Positions 1 to 13,082 of a stretch of DNA of 64,000 bases are shown here, piece after piece; positions within the stretch are counted from its first letter, which is position 1; each line of letters opens with the position of its first letter. A program made the position numbers and the translations under genes. The stretch comes from Ascidiella aspersa (Eukaryota), in the NCBI GenBank assembly GCA_963924565.1, contig OZ004609.1, forward strand, positions 36,332,001 through 36,396,000, in the 5' to 3' direction. Below the pieces are notes generated by a model that did not search any database, had not been told where the DNA came from, and saw only the letters and a program-made list of their open reading frames with translations.

Positions 1-639
1 CATGTTTTTAAGCCATTTTGAAAAGTTTGGGTAATAAAATGACAGATATTGTTTACTTTCACCTAACCAAGTTTTTTGCCTTAAAGTTATCCGATGTAAG
101 ATAACGAGAGAAGCCGAAAAATGCATTACGATTTGTAACTGAAATCATACTATGCCCGACACAATTTAATTGACCCGTCCGGTGTTACCGAAAAATTAAG
201 AATTATTCATGTTTCTTGGAAGCAGTATTAGTGGGAGATATTGGCAAACCTGTATGCAGAGACTTGTTTGAACAAAAACAAACAAAGTTTTGTTAATTAT
301 TTGTTGCAATTAAAAAAACACTTTTTAAGTGTGCCGCGAAAGTCTTTTCAATAGTGTACTTCTAATATTTTAGTCAATTTTTTTAAGCAAAACAATTTGA
401 TCATATTTACTATTTAGGCCAAATTTTTTACAACAATATTGAGAATAAAGGCTTGTAATGGTTTGACCAAGCCTGACTGAAAAATACAGTCAGATTCCAT
501 CCATATTAAGTCAAAATTAAAATAATACTTATCATTTGCTTACGGAAGACCCACTAAACTGGCGTATTTTAAACTAGTCGTGTTTTGATACCCCCCAAAA
601 TTTGGGAGCATTCCCTTTTCTTGGAAGCAGCATTCGTGC

Positions 640-1560
640 TCACATGCGCGAAATATTGGCCGCAACGACCTGGTGAAAACTTTACGAAACGCCTCATTTG
701 CTTTTGTCGCTAAACATTATTCGAGCCCAAGAATTCCGGGGACATAAAAAACTAAAAACCCGAGCGCTGGCGGCAGGTGCTGATTTGCGGGTGAAGAAAC
801 GGCGTGAAATTCGCGCTCATAACGTCCATGCCCCCTCGTAGCGTATATGTTCCCTGTAGCGCAGATATCGCGTGCATGAAACGTCGAGCGCATGACCAAC
901 TTGCCATCATCATTGGGTGACGTTTTGTACTTGAGCCATCCAGTTTTGTCGTTCCGTGCCATTTAGATTCCCTTCGCCTCCCGTTTTCTCTCCTCTCCCT
1001 CCGCGCTCCTCTCGTTTTTCTCCTCCATTGCTCCGAAGAGGAGCGAGCGGCGTCGCTTTGCCCTCGTGGCTCGAGCGAAATTAATGACTTCGGATAATAA
1101 GCAGACTTCTTTTTTTTCCCTTAACCGACGACCCTGGCCAATATTTTGCCGCCGCCTAAATGAGGCACCGCTGCGCCGCTGTATGACGTGACAATAGGCG
1201 ACTGCTCGCGCGCCGCGTTAAGGCTGCTGGAGGCAAATTAACGCCCAAGGAAAAGTAGCGATGGGAAAAGGCTGTTTGCAGATTAGGGCTTATTTTAATA
1301 ATGGAATCAATTATTAAGCAAGTGGCAATTTTTCTGAATGTTTGAATTATTCATTCGATTCAATTTGCCCCGTACGGTGATTAAGCAGCCGGAGAACGGC
1401 GACTGTTGGGCGTTAAAGATAGTTTGCGCGTTTTTTTATTCTTTATGGGTTGTCGCTTGAGGCGTCAGCCCCCCCCCCCCTCATTTAATTTTATTAATTC
1501 ATTCCTTAATTTCGCGAGCAAGAACGATCAGTTTTAAGTGAACGAGGGAAAATTACACAC
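640..1560. promoter_or_regulatory. CpG-rich island with pyrimidine tract; candidate promoter, non-coding first exon or enhancer of ZFHX
   Basis: Marked CpG/GC enrichment over the AT-rich flanks, a CT-rich tract at 970-1030 and several TAATT motifs. No TSS evidence is available. Confidence 0.35.
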
Positions 1561-4032
1561 ATAACGGCAGATAAGAACAGGTGTTAAACAAGGATGTCGT
1601 ACCGAGTGCAATAACCGGTAAAAGCGTTTTTATTTATTTATGCGCAAATTGAGAAATTCGATCAGGCGCTAATTAAGGTTCTCTGCTGCAAATAGGTTGG
1701 GCCCAAGATAAGATGAAGGAAAGCTTAGAGATGCCTTGACTCAGAAATGATTGTTTGCTCTTGTGCTAAGTTATTCATGAAGTACAAAAGTCGATAATTA
1801 AGTTACCTGCGCGCCTTTTAGATTAGATTGCTCATTAGGACGAAATTCAATTTCGAGCTGATGTCATTATGGTTAACTATGTCGGTAATTTATTGACGAG
1901 GTACTTTTAGAATGATGCAAAACCTTGGTTCTTTGGACTTTTATTTTTATTTTGAGTTTTTTGTTTCACAAAAGCAGTTTTAAACTGATTTGCATAAAGT
2001 GTACATTCTCTATCGATTTGGTCGCAGTTGTTTATTCCTGTGTGAAGCTTGTGCTAACTGTTACGTCACAGACATAGCTGTTGACCTTTGGGTAATCACA
2101 TTACGCTATAAATGGTTTCGAGGGTAAATTAGTAAACAGCTCATCGTAAAACGATTACTTTTTGTTTTGGGAAGTTCAGTCTATCAGTTAAAATTTTCAC
2201 AGTAAACGGAACAGGTATTTTTAAACAGATTTTCACCTTTAGCTACCGATGCCATGCTTTTTACAAGTTAATATAGAATTTGTGGGGCTTAAAGTGGGTT
2301 GTTTTAATTGTTTTGACTTTTGAGTGACATTGTTTGCATTACAATGTTAAGTGATGCTTGAGTACTTTTAGAGATGACCTAACAAATTGACGTCAAAATT
2401 AGACTTGAGAAACCTGCTGTTTTCGTCCAACAAATATGAAACTGAAATGAAGTAATATTGATCGGATCTAGGTTAAAGGTTGACCGTTATATCCATGTGT
2501 TACGTCACAGGGCTTGAAATTTAAAGTATAGGCATTGGGGCTTTAGCAATAGTGTTACGTAACCCTAGGGACAATTTGGCAACGGAAGTGGGCACGGTTT
2601 GCTACAGTAAGGCGTTTTTTAGCTAATGCTTTTGGCCCGTCATGGAAATAAACAGAGATTAAAATATTTCCCGCAATGTCACTTTGAATCAATATCGATC
2701 AAATAGCAATTAGTGCTGTTCTTTAAAGTTTATGAAAAGGCATTCAACATACTATAGTTAATTTTTTGCTGCTTAATTTTACTCTAAGTGCGAATCACTC
2801 GCCCAAAACCGTTTCGTCATGAAAAACCTATCAAAAATATCCTTTGCTTTAATCAGCTTTTTACAGCAAATTTGTCTCCATGGCCCCCCTAAATTACGAG
2901 GCAAATTCTCTTCTATATAGCTTCGGTCTAAATTAGTGCAAGGAAATCAAAATGATTAAACATAGTTTATTGTTAGCTGTTTAATTTCCCGCAAAATGGC
3001 AAATCACTAGCACTTCAAAAACTTCTAACAAAAACATATCTAAAATATCAGCTTTAGACAGCAATGTTTTATTCGTAGCCCCTCTAAATTACCAGGCATT
3101 TTTTCGCCTACGGTCGAAACTTGTGCAAGGCCACAGATCAGCGACCCACAGCCTTGACAATCAAAGCGAATCGAGGTGACTGTCTGACGACTAGCAATGG
3201 CAGGAATGCATGACTTCATTTGCTTCATCTAGCAATCTCTAGCACTAGAGCAATCCTCTCGCCCGCTGGCCTTTCGCCAGTACGAGTAAATATCTAAGTT
3301 GCGTTGCCAGTTTTAAGGTCATAATGATTAAAATCACTACTCTTTGCCTTAGGGTTTTGTACAATCGCCAAGGATTTATGATGTTTTTTTCAGCATAGTG
3401 CTAGTTGGTTGGTCAGAGTACACGTTTACGATTATTACAGGCACTAATTTATACAAAAAATCCACATACTTTTTACCATTTGCCCCTTTGTTTTTTTTGC
3501 AGTGCTTGGAAAATTTTTTTACCTGCTCTTCTTAAAATTTTAAATTTTTTACATTGTTGTAATGACTTAAGTTCGTGGCTTGACTAAGTTAAACTTACGT
3601 TACAAGGTTTAGAGTTTTAGACAAATTACTTGTCCTAAACTTAAGTTATTGTGTCCATAATACAATTAATCTCATTTAATATTTTTAGTAAAATTGTTTT
3701 TTATCTCCATTTTAACACGTAAAACAATTCCTGTGACTGTATGTTGCGTATTTGTTATTATTTAGTTTAAATATTGCTTATTTACAGACTAGTTTAACAA
3801 TTTTATTAGTTTAACGTTTTATTTTTCTGTCAATGACTTGATTTGAAGTTGATTTGCTCTTGTTAAGACTAAATCTGGGACTTAAATCATATTTTGACGT
3901 AGACTGTTGGTGTATTTTAAATTACGTACTGGAATTTAAATCATTATAACTTGTTAACAATACTAATTACACCTCTATGATGAAAAACAGCTAAAACAAG
4001 TATAAAAAACACTTTAAACTTTCTACCAGTTA

Positions 4033-4160
4033 CTTTTTCCAAAAGGCTTGAAAGTTACTTTGATGAGTCGGTCACTAGTTTTTTCCAAAAAGACTTGAAA
4101 GTTACTTTGATGAGTTTTTTTCAAAAGACTTGAAAGTTACTTTGATGAGTCGGTCACTAG
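4033..4160. repeat. Short tandem triplication
   Basis: ttgaaagttactttgatgagt at 4048, 4095 and 4130. Confidence 0.9.
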
Positions 4161-5254
4161 AAATAAATGAATGAGGTTAAAACCTTGCTGGGTGGGAAAT
4201 AGAGTTATTGTAAAACTTAATGTTTACTGTTGGTACAAGTTGATGTAGTTTGGTTTGCTTTTTCGCTGTCCTTGAGGCACTTAATTGTGCATGAAAGCTA
4301 GCTTAATGGTGTCCACTTTAACCTTGTATTTTCTCACTTGACGTCCAGCGATCACACTTTACTATCTTCCGAGGGACACAGTTATTTTAGGATCTTAAGA
4401 AATGGAAATTTACAAAGGAAGAAGTGTTAAGGGTGATTTGCATTTGTGGCCGATTCTTAGGGTGAAAAAATAGCAGAAGGATGTCATGTTTGTGGCTCAT
4501 TAGAAAATTATCTTCAGGTCGTACAGTACTTTTTCTATTGGTTTAGTTCGACGCCATTCTTGGGCTTTCAATGCACAGATTTGCAGTTGAAGCATAAATT
4601 GGCGAATTTAGCTTAAAAAATGTCCAAAGTTTAAATTTCTTGTGGCGTACAACTAAATCATCTACCGTGTAACCTCGCAGCCATACAGCTCCGGATATAA
4701 TCGTTGCGCGACTAAATTACGCCCCAAAAGAACGAAACAGGGGGGGGGGGGAGGTATAGGTGCGCGTAATTGCGCTGCTGGTTTTAAAAGGTTAAAAGCG
4801 GCGACGCGCCCTAATTTTACACCCAATTTAACGTCCGGGCTGTAGCGTGATGCAAAAACAAACAATGCGCCAATTACTCGGCTGCATTTCGGAGCAAATT
4901 CCCTCGCAATTACGCCCGGAACCCAATCAAGCAGCTCATTTTGCGTGTCGTCATTCGCTTTAGTTCTTCAAAAAAGCGTCCTCATCTCGAAGGAAAAGGC
5001 TGTGGGTGTATTCCTTGCTCACTGGAGCGTGACCAGATCCGCCAATTAAGTCGTACACGAGCGCTGAAGCGTGACGGTCTTTTCCATTGATAAATATCAT
5101 CGCTGGTCCATCTCTTTCTCTTCGTTGCGACCATTAACGCTAAATATCTTTCGATAGAAATAGTCGTTGTTGCGCCAATGTTATCGACCGCTATGGCGTT
5201 TTGTTTCGCCAAATTACCTCAGAGCAGTCTGGAAACGAACAAGCCTACATCTTA

Positions 5255-5425
5255 GAAAGAATAACAAAGCCCATATGGCAGTAAGTAGCATTTTGAACAT
5301 TTGCAATATCTCTTAATTTCTGATGTTGAGATTGAATAGAGAGATATTGGAAACGTTCAAAATGCTACCTATTTCTGTATGGGCTTTGATATTCTAACAA
5401 AAGCCTCCAACCATTATGCTCCAAA
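5255..5425. mobile_element. Foldback/MITE-like family A copy (self-complementary)
   Basis: aaagcccata..gtagcattttgaac..caatatctct is mirrored by agagatattg..gttcaaaatgctac..tatgggcttt. Ends ccattatgctccaaa, as in other copies. Confidence 0.75.
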
Positions 5426-6850
5426 GATATAGATTTAAGATGTCGATATTGGCCAATTTAACACAACACTTTACCTTAAAAGAACGATTGTGCGAAATCT
5501 TGTTCATTAAATACTTACTTTGTGTTTTTATGTATGTGCTCCCTCATTTTTATATTTTCACCGGTTTTAGCTGTTCAGTTTATACTAATAGCCGCCATTC
5601 TACTGACATATTAATTTCCTACCTTGAAAAACAGCCCAACAATGTACTTTACCTTTATAGTAATGCAGCTTAAATTATATGGAATGGCAACTTACTGATT
5701 TTGTTTAGCCTACAAGAAGGCATAATGTGGCAAAATTAAGTATTATGCATTGGCATAATATAATTAACACGGGTAAATTTACCCTATGAATGTCGTCTTG
5801 GTACAGAAACGTTATCCCTTGAATGTGTCCAACATTGACAACGCCACACACTTAATTGAACGCTGTGTAACAGTATTTCTTGAACTTGGACATTACAGCA
5901 ATGTAAATATAAAATAACGTGTTGTTGGTCCTGGTCCAAATATGTTGACACGTTTTCTCCCCAGTAGTTCTTTGATCAAGTTTGCAAGTTCTTAGGTATT
6001 ACAAAAACAAGCTTCTGTCCAATATTGACACCACGCGAGACGTATCCAAAGTACACCGGTAACACTCGAGTGTTCATAACCGAAATCTTTCCCAATTCGA
6101 TCCAGATTGTACTAATAGCAGCGCCAAGCCACCAGCTAATTGTTTTCCAAACCGTGTCATGCAAACACAACCTATTTTTCCCCTTTGTGTTGTTGTTACG
6201 ACCCCCTCACAAACCGGCCATAGCCCTCCCCTACCCACCAGCCCACTGCCAATCTAACTGTCTGGATAAACAAACTGCAAACGACACTGCTGTAGCTTAA
6301 TTGGCCGCTTCACGAGTTATCAAAAGGTGATATCAGGGTCTCCGGGAGTCACTCTACAGCTCTTTAAGCAATTAGAATGACGGATAATGAAAACAATCTT
6401 CACTCGCTCCGTTATTTGTCATCTTGGAGCACTTGAACGTGGCCGATAATTTTGGATTGGACGTAAAAGTCACTGTTTTCTGGATATTTTTTAGGCAGGG
6501 CTACTATTTCATCTATTTTCACTGTACCGCCTAAAATAAAACGTCTTGAAAAAGTATGCTTTTTCATAGAGACTTTCTCTTCGCATATAGAAAGTAAATG
6601 GGCCTGTATTTACAAATATTGTTTCGTTAAAAATGCGGAAATAATAGGGATTTAAGTCATATTTCGTTCCCAACCGGGGTGCCTCTGCCATTTCTCATAC
6701 TCACCATTGTTTACGGGTGCAAATACTTTTTTTGTGAATCTTCAGGAATGTGATTTTTGCTCAATTGGAAAGTCACATTGCTGATCTCTAATTGTGATTC
6801 GCAATTTTCATATACTTTCCATGGCTGGCGTGTCTTTCTGTGGCTTACAT

Positions 6851-7105
6851 CCAGACTTGGACAATTAGATTTATTTTATTCTTTTCAAATTAGATCACAA
6901 TTAAAATTAAAGAATTTTATTTTTCTCAAATTAGATTAGAATTAAAATTAGGGCATTTCGATTTTTCCAAATTAGATTAGAACTAAAATTAGAGCATTTT
7001 TTTCCAAATTAGATTAGAATTAAAATTGCCAAATTCTCTAAATAGATTTTAGATTCTTCAAACTAGACAATGAACTAGAATTTAAACTTAAATTACAATC
7101 TAATT
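6851..7105 (+). repeat. Dispersed repeat with internal aattagattagaattaaaatt subrepeats
   Basis: Starts ccagacttggacaattagattt. A reverse-complement copy lies at about 17155-17237 (aattttaattctaatctaattt...gttgtccaagtctgg). Confidence 0.75.
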
Positions 7106-7896
7106 GCAAATATTTTCGTGCTAATAATGGTACTTATTAGCATAGCATATTTTAGTCAAATAAATAAAAAAAAGTTTGTACAGAAAACTGATGACGCCTA
7201 TTCATAAAGCGGAATATACATTTCGGTAAAATTTTAAGAAATCGTGTTTTATAAACAATCTTAACATCATCATAACCGGAAGAAATTATTCTTAGTTTAC
7301 TAATGCGCGGTAGCAACAGTATGATTCTCCAATAAAGTGAAATCCAGCACTTAACTGCATTGGTAAGTTGGCAGAAAGGCTTCCGCATTGAGTTCCAATA
7401 CAATCGTCTGGCACCACTCTACTTTCGCCCAAAGTTTTCGAATCAGTTTAATTCCTTGGTCACGGGCTGTTTGTGCTAAGCCTTGGCCTCCCACGGGCAG
7501 CTGGTTTGGATTAAGGTCTGCTTTCTGCGCTCAATTCAAGCAGACAAGCCTGCCTTGGAGTTGGAATCGTTGTTAAGAGGCGCTTACCAGTTATTCTGAT
7601 ATACCTAAATGTTTCACATGTTTCCATGCCACTCTTTTTTCCAATTTGTTTTTATGTTTGATACAATGTGCCCAGTTTTATTGCCATTTTTAAGTTACAT
7701 TCCCCTCTATAACGCCTTTCGCTACATCATTTGGCCCGTTTGATAGCACTTTTTACAACAAGTTACGCTCTCTTTAACAAAACTTTTTTCAACCCTTGCA
7801 TGTGCTAGGAACACTTTTTCAACGAAAATATTTCACACCATTTGGTTGGTTTTATAGGCTTTTTAAAATGCGTGCCCCTCTTCCCCGACAATAACA

Positions 7897-7948
7897 TTTA
7901 TTCTCCAACGTTTCGACAATCTCTTCAGGTCGCCGTTTTCAGGTGGAA
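7897..7948 (-). ncRNA. Degenerate Penelope-type hammerhead motif followed by AATAAA
   Basis: Minus strand reads ttccac-CTGAAAA-c-GGCGA-cCTGAAGAga-TTGTC-GAAACGTT-ggagAATAAA. There are two nested candidate cores and stem I is poor. Confidence 0.4.
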
Positions 7949-8857
7949 TGGCATCGATTAATATTTCATTAATTTTTTTTGATTATTATTATCCCTGATA
8001 ACAAACGTTAATATAATTTTCCTTCTCTTTTTTTCTTTTTTTTTGAGTTACGAATGGAAAAAACTCGAAAAGATTTACCTCCAGTAAACGGTTTCATAAA
8101 ACTAATTGAGCCGTCGTTGTAAAATCTCTCTTACGATTTTAATCATACATCGGAATGTTTACGTTTTACAGGTCATTTTAATGAACTCTCTATAACTTTT
8201 AAAACGTTTTTCCCGATTTATTATACAGTTACGATCGGAATCAACTTTTAACTGCTATTCAGAAGCCAGGAGTCGTTAGCGTTTGATGTTTGGGCGGTCG
8301 AAGAGTAATTGCCAACACTTTTCCTAGTTAAGCGGGTGACGCGCATGTAGCGTTTGCGTGTTGCCAGTTACTCTGATCGAAGCATTGTGAAGTCGCGGCC
8401 GTAAAAATCGAACCTGCAAATTGAGTTTTAAATGCCTCGTCCCGCGCCAGCAGCATAAAGTAATTGCCTTTTTACCGTTGCCCGCCAAATTCCCTTTTAA
8501 TTCGCGCCAATAAATCCTTACGCGCACAACGATTGACGCGCATTAAAACTCCCACCGCTGATTAAATTGCTCCGGGGTGCGGCGACGAGCCGTCTTTTTT
8601 ATGGGCTCCGTAGAAGCGGCTTTAATTAGTTTTTCTGCTCCCCTGATGACTGTTTGCCCGGCCCTATTGTGTGCCAGCGTCTTGAAACCGTAAAGCAGCA
8701 ATTAGCCTGCCTTTTCTCTTTTTTCCTCTTCCTTTCTTTGCCCTGTTTGCCCTACTGCTTCTTCTCTGTTGTGTTTCTTCCGTATATTTTTTGGTTTTTG
8801 CGAACTCGTGGAGACCAGGAAGCAATCAAAAGCAAATTTCTCCTTTTTTCAAACATT

Positions 8858-9357
8858 GTGGTACCCAATCAAAAATGTTTTGAAAATTGTTATTAAAGTC
8901 TATTAGGTCTTAATCTACAGCATCCTATAAAAAACATTTCGATACACACTTGTATTATAATCAGTTATGTGACTCGACCTAGTTGGCGAAACATCGTGGT
9001 ACCTAAACAAAAATGTTTTGAAAATGAATTACAAAGACTAATAGGTTGAGTAAATTGACATCTTATAAAGACGTTTCGATACACACTTGTGTCACAATCA
9101 GTTATGTGACTAGACCTAGTTGGCGTTGACTTACTACTTTACAAATCCGTGTTATCAAATACGTTTTGAGTTAAGTTGTGGTACCCCAAACAAAAATGTT
9201 GTGAATATAAATAGCCTGATAGATCGAGTAAATAAACAAAAATCATTCACACTTGTATTATAATCAGTTATGTGAAGTTGTCATTGCAATTTCATTTTCA
9301 AGTAGTTGTCTTTGTCATTCATTTTTAAGCTACATTACAGATCCGTGCATAGTGTTA
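8858..9357. repeat. Family B, three tandem degenerate units plus terminal arm
   Basis: gtggtacc..caaaaatgtt starts at 8858, 8996 and 9178. The units share cacacttgt..aatcagttatgtga. 9327-9355 is the reverse complement of 30942-30970. Confidence 0.75.
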
Positions 9358-12129
9358 TCTAAATGTGTTAAAATGCTAAAAAAACTTCACAAAAATGGGC
9401 AAAATTTAGATATAAATCTAAGCCAAAAACAAAGTGTTAATTAATAAAAGATTTCAACAACCTTAACAAAGAATGAAAGCCTGTTTATTATTTGTTTCAT
9501 TGTCAGCAACTGTACGAATGTGTTAATGTATTGGTATTATAGAAACGTATCAAATTTACCTACAATTATTTAACTGCTAAATCAACTGCTTGCGTTTATC
9601 AGTTAAATCATTTGTCCAGTCGGTTTTCCGTGTTGGTTTTAAATTCGCCGCTAATTGAGTATGACTGAGCGTAGTAACAGCAATTCCTTTGGGGAAAGTC
9701 ACAGACTCGAAATCAACCGTTAAACTGTTCAGTTGACGCAGTGCGATTTCGCAGTAAAAAAAGTGTTCAAAGAAGGGCTATTTTACTGCTTCCTTAAAAT
9801 CGGAAACAACGGGCGCTAACTAATTCCTCTTCCGCATCTGGCCAGGCTAAGCAGCGTGTGCTGCGCTGTTAAAATTCCAAACCGTTATTTGGACGGCTCG
9901 AGCATTTAACGAGCAGTGCGCCGTCCATGCGCGTGTTTGCTTAGTCTTTATGGCATTAATTATATTGCTCTCGCTTGCGCGTAATTATTCCACAGGCTCC
10001 ATTCGTTATAACCGGCATATTGGAATTGTCGACGTGACACACTGTTGATTCTGACGTAACAATCAACAATCACAGGTTGTGTCTGTTTGAATTAGTGCTC
10101 GGCCGTAAAACGCGTTTTTGTCTCTGTGTGGCCGTTTTGTCTTGCCTGTGTGGCGGCGAGGGGCTTGACACGAATTAATTGTTTAATTTCGTGATTTTCT
10201 GATAGCACCGCTCCGTTTGCTTTGGCCGGGCGTGGTGCCAAACCCTTTGTCAGCTTAGTTAGTCTAGTGCGACTCAAGATCCGAGAGAATCTTGTGTGTG
10301 TAAAATTCATCTATAACTAGATTCTAATTAGCGGAAGTGTAGCTTTCAGGCAGTTTTCGGTACATTTTGTTAAATGTCAGTTGGTTTAAGGCACAGTTTG
10401 TGGGAGGACTCTTTAACTTATGTAAACTGTTTAGTTTTGTCTTTAAACCAGTTTAGTTTGAAAACTGTGTCTTGCTAACATTTATAATGAACAAAAAAGT
10501 TGTTTTACGCAAATATTTTGATCTTGTGAGTTGTGACTCGTACTTCACTTAGTCGTAAAAATGTTGAAAAGTAGTTTTGCCGATTTTTACCTGGGCACAC
10601 AATCATCAACTGTGGGCTGTGTCTATGTCTCGACGAATTCAAATGTTTGTTAGGTTTTGACGTCATTAAGTGACGTTACATCTTCGCCAGTAGTTGTTTA
10701 CATTAAGCTTGGCTTTGGCATTTGGAATTAACAATACGAGAAATATTGGAAATAAGTGTTTTAAATGTACTGTATCTCATTACATTAATGAAAAGTGAAG
10801 GTCTTTTTATGAATCCTGGTTCTTTTTTATTCCAGTTTAAAGCGAAACTGTTGATCACGGCATTTTATTGAGCTTTGAATGTCAAAGTGTTTTACGAACT
10901 TTTCAATCCTAGCTTCATTGACATCTAGTTGCTGTTCAGGAATTTTTCGGGATGTGCGCCGTTATCGATTCTAACAGTTATTTTTCAAACTTGTTACCAA
11001 TATGACGTCATAACCAATTAACCGCGTTGTGTGTTTCGTCACAATATTCCAAACGAAAAGTGACATACCGTAGGAAAAATAGCGTTTTTTAGGCCACTAA
11101 AATAAAAAGGAATAGGCGGAAATAGTGTATTAATTTGTTTGCTGAGTTTTATTTGTCCCAGAAGTTTTCTTTCAACGTTATTATTTTTACTAAATGTGAG
11201 ATCGTTAATATGAAAATTGGATAATATTAACATCGAAAGTCTCAACAAGCTTTTACCTCAATTTTAATCGCTATGTTTTTAGCATTTTTTTACGCCGCGT
11301 GTAAAAATTTACTAATTCCCCTTTACCCCCCACCTTCTATTTTCTCTTACTAATTATTTTAAATATAGCAATATGAACAAGTTTTTATTATAAAATCACC
11401 ACCAAAAGTTTTAAAGTGCTAGTAACCACATTGTAAACAAGCTTACGTGAAAATTTCAAAATGCTTTTAGCTCAATTCTAATCGCTCAGTTCTAGCACTT
11501 TGTTACGTCATCTATAAAACCAACAACCCCTTTTCACCCCCGCCCCCCCCATTTTGCTACCCCGGACCCCCAACGCGCTTTTCTCAGACGCTTTCGTCTT
11601 GTTGGGATTAACCGAAGAAATCCTGGTGATTATAAAATGGCGCCCGTTATTTACGCGCCAAAGGAACAATAGCACGGTAAAGCCGCCAGAAATAGGCCCG
11701 AGAATTCATCTCTCGGATGTTTAATTTCGAGTCGGCCTTTACTCATCACAGACCTGGCTTTTATCAATGCTCTGCTGTTTTGTTTTGATGTGGTAAGCGG
11801 TCCTTTCGTTCTTTAACCATGTTTCTTGGCGAAGATATGGGTTGTTTTTTAGTCAATATAGTTAGGTTGAACAATTTTGGGTAAACTTAAAGACCAGCTA
11901 AACTTGATTTGTGTTAATTAAAGATATATGGTTTGCGGCTTTAGAAGGAATTTTAGGTAAGAAAAACAGATGTTTTTTTTTAATGAAATCAAATGAAAAA
12001 TGCGGCTTGTCATGGCGCTACGCAAAAGAGAATAGTTCAGTTTTATTTAGGCTACTTCCGGTAGTACACACAGAAATTGGATGTACAAAAATAGAATAAA
12101 GTCAGTTTAGTGCGGTTTAAAAATAAGAA

Positions 12130-12480
12130 CGTGAAAAGAATATCAAATCCTATTCATAAGTAAGGTATCATTTTGTGACCGTTTTGAATAAATTTTAAGA
12201 TAATGGTTGGAGGTTGTAGTTAGACGCAGAATGAATATCAAAGCCCATACAGAAGTAGGTAGCATTTTGAACGTTTGGAATAAATCTTAATTCATTTTCA
12301 ACTTCTGTTTAAAATGCAACCTACTTCTGTATGGGCTTTGATATTCATTCTTCGTCCAACAACAACCTCCAGCCATTATCTTAAGTTTATTTGAAACGTT
12401 CACAAAATGCTGCCTACTTCTGTATGGGTTTACTATTCATTCTACGTCTTAATACAACCTCCAACCATTATGCTCCAAAA
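12130..12480. mobile_element. Foldback-like family A copy with arms built from ~90-95 bp tandem modules
   Basis: Module ataatggttggaggttgtagt..gaatatcaaagcccatacagaagtaggtagcattttgaacgtt occurs about twice forward, then twice in reverse complement. Confidence 0.8.
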
Positions 12481-12640
12481 AGTAGGAACGTCGTTTCTAT
12501 ACGACCAAAGTATGGAGCCTGAAGCTTTTGATTTCCACTCGTGCCTGAAATCAATTAATATCGCTCAACCCTTGCTCTTCTGTCTTTCCAGATGGGATTT
12601 AGCTTCTGCTTTGCTTTGCTTCCGTGAAGGTTAAATAATA

Positions 12641-13082
12641 ATGACGTCACAACCTGAAGGTCACGCACGATCGCCGACTATAATCGGTCATAGTGATGTC
12701 ATAAAACCAGTATCTGTGACGAAACATTCCTCGGCCGCCGCCGAAAGTTCATTCCAAGGTCAGATCCTGTACAAAGCCAACGGTTCCGCTCTGGTGATTT
12801 CCGCCTCGCTCGTTTCGCAATACGCAGGAGCGTATGACGTCACAGACGACATTGTTGACGTCGTAACGGGAAAGGATTCAAACGCAAACAACAACAGCAA
12901 TAACAACAACAGCATTGGCAACGAAACCGCTGTTGTGCTGAATAACACTGAACTTGAAAAAAATATTCCAAAACTCCCAAAGTTCCTTACGTTTCTCGAC
13001 ACTAGTGGGCGCCCCGGTGAGCGTGGGAACCCGGAAGTGCTTGATTCGATTGGAAATAATCCCGAGGACATACATGGAGATA
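12641..13082 (+). CDS. ZFHX3/ZFHX4: ZFHX coding exon 1 (start ATG; acceptor ttccag ends at 12591, 49 nt upstream)
   Basis: ATG 12641 is preceded by an in-frame TAA (12632-34). Encodes MTSQPEG...[16 protein letters not shown], the conserved N-terminal ZFHX motif. Donor A|gtaagg at 13083 (phase 1). An alternative phase-1 donor G|gtgagc at 13017 is equally plausible, so the 3' end is uncertain. Confidence 0.8.

Noticed and set aside
4033-4160. Hammerhead-like words (TTGATGAGTC...GACTTGAAAG) in the tandem triplication
   Set aside because: C3 is absent, an extra TT separates the stem from GAAA, and no stem I can be drawn. It is better explained as a simple tandem repeat.
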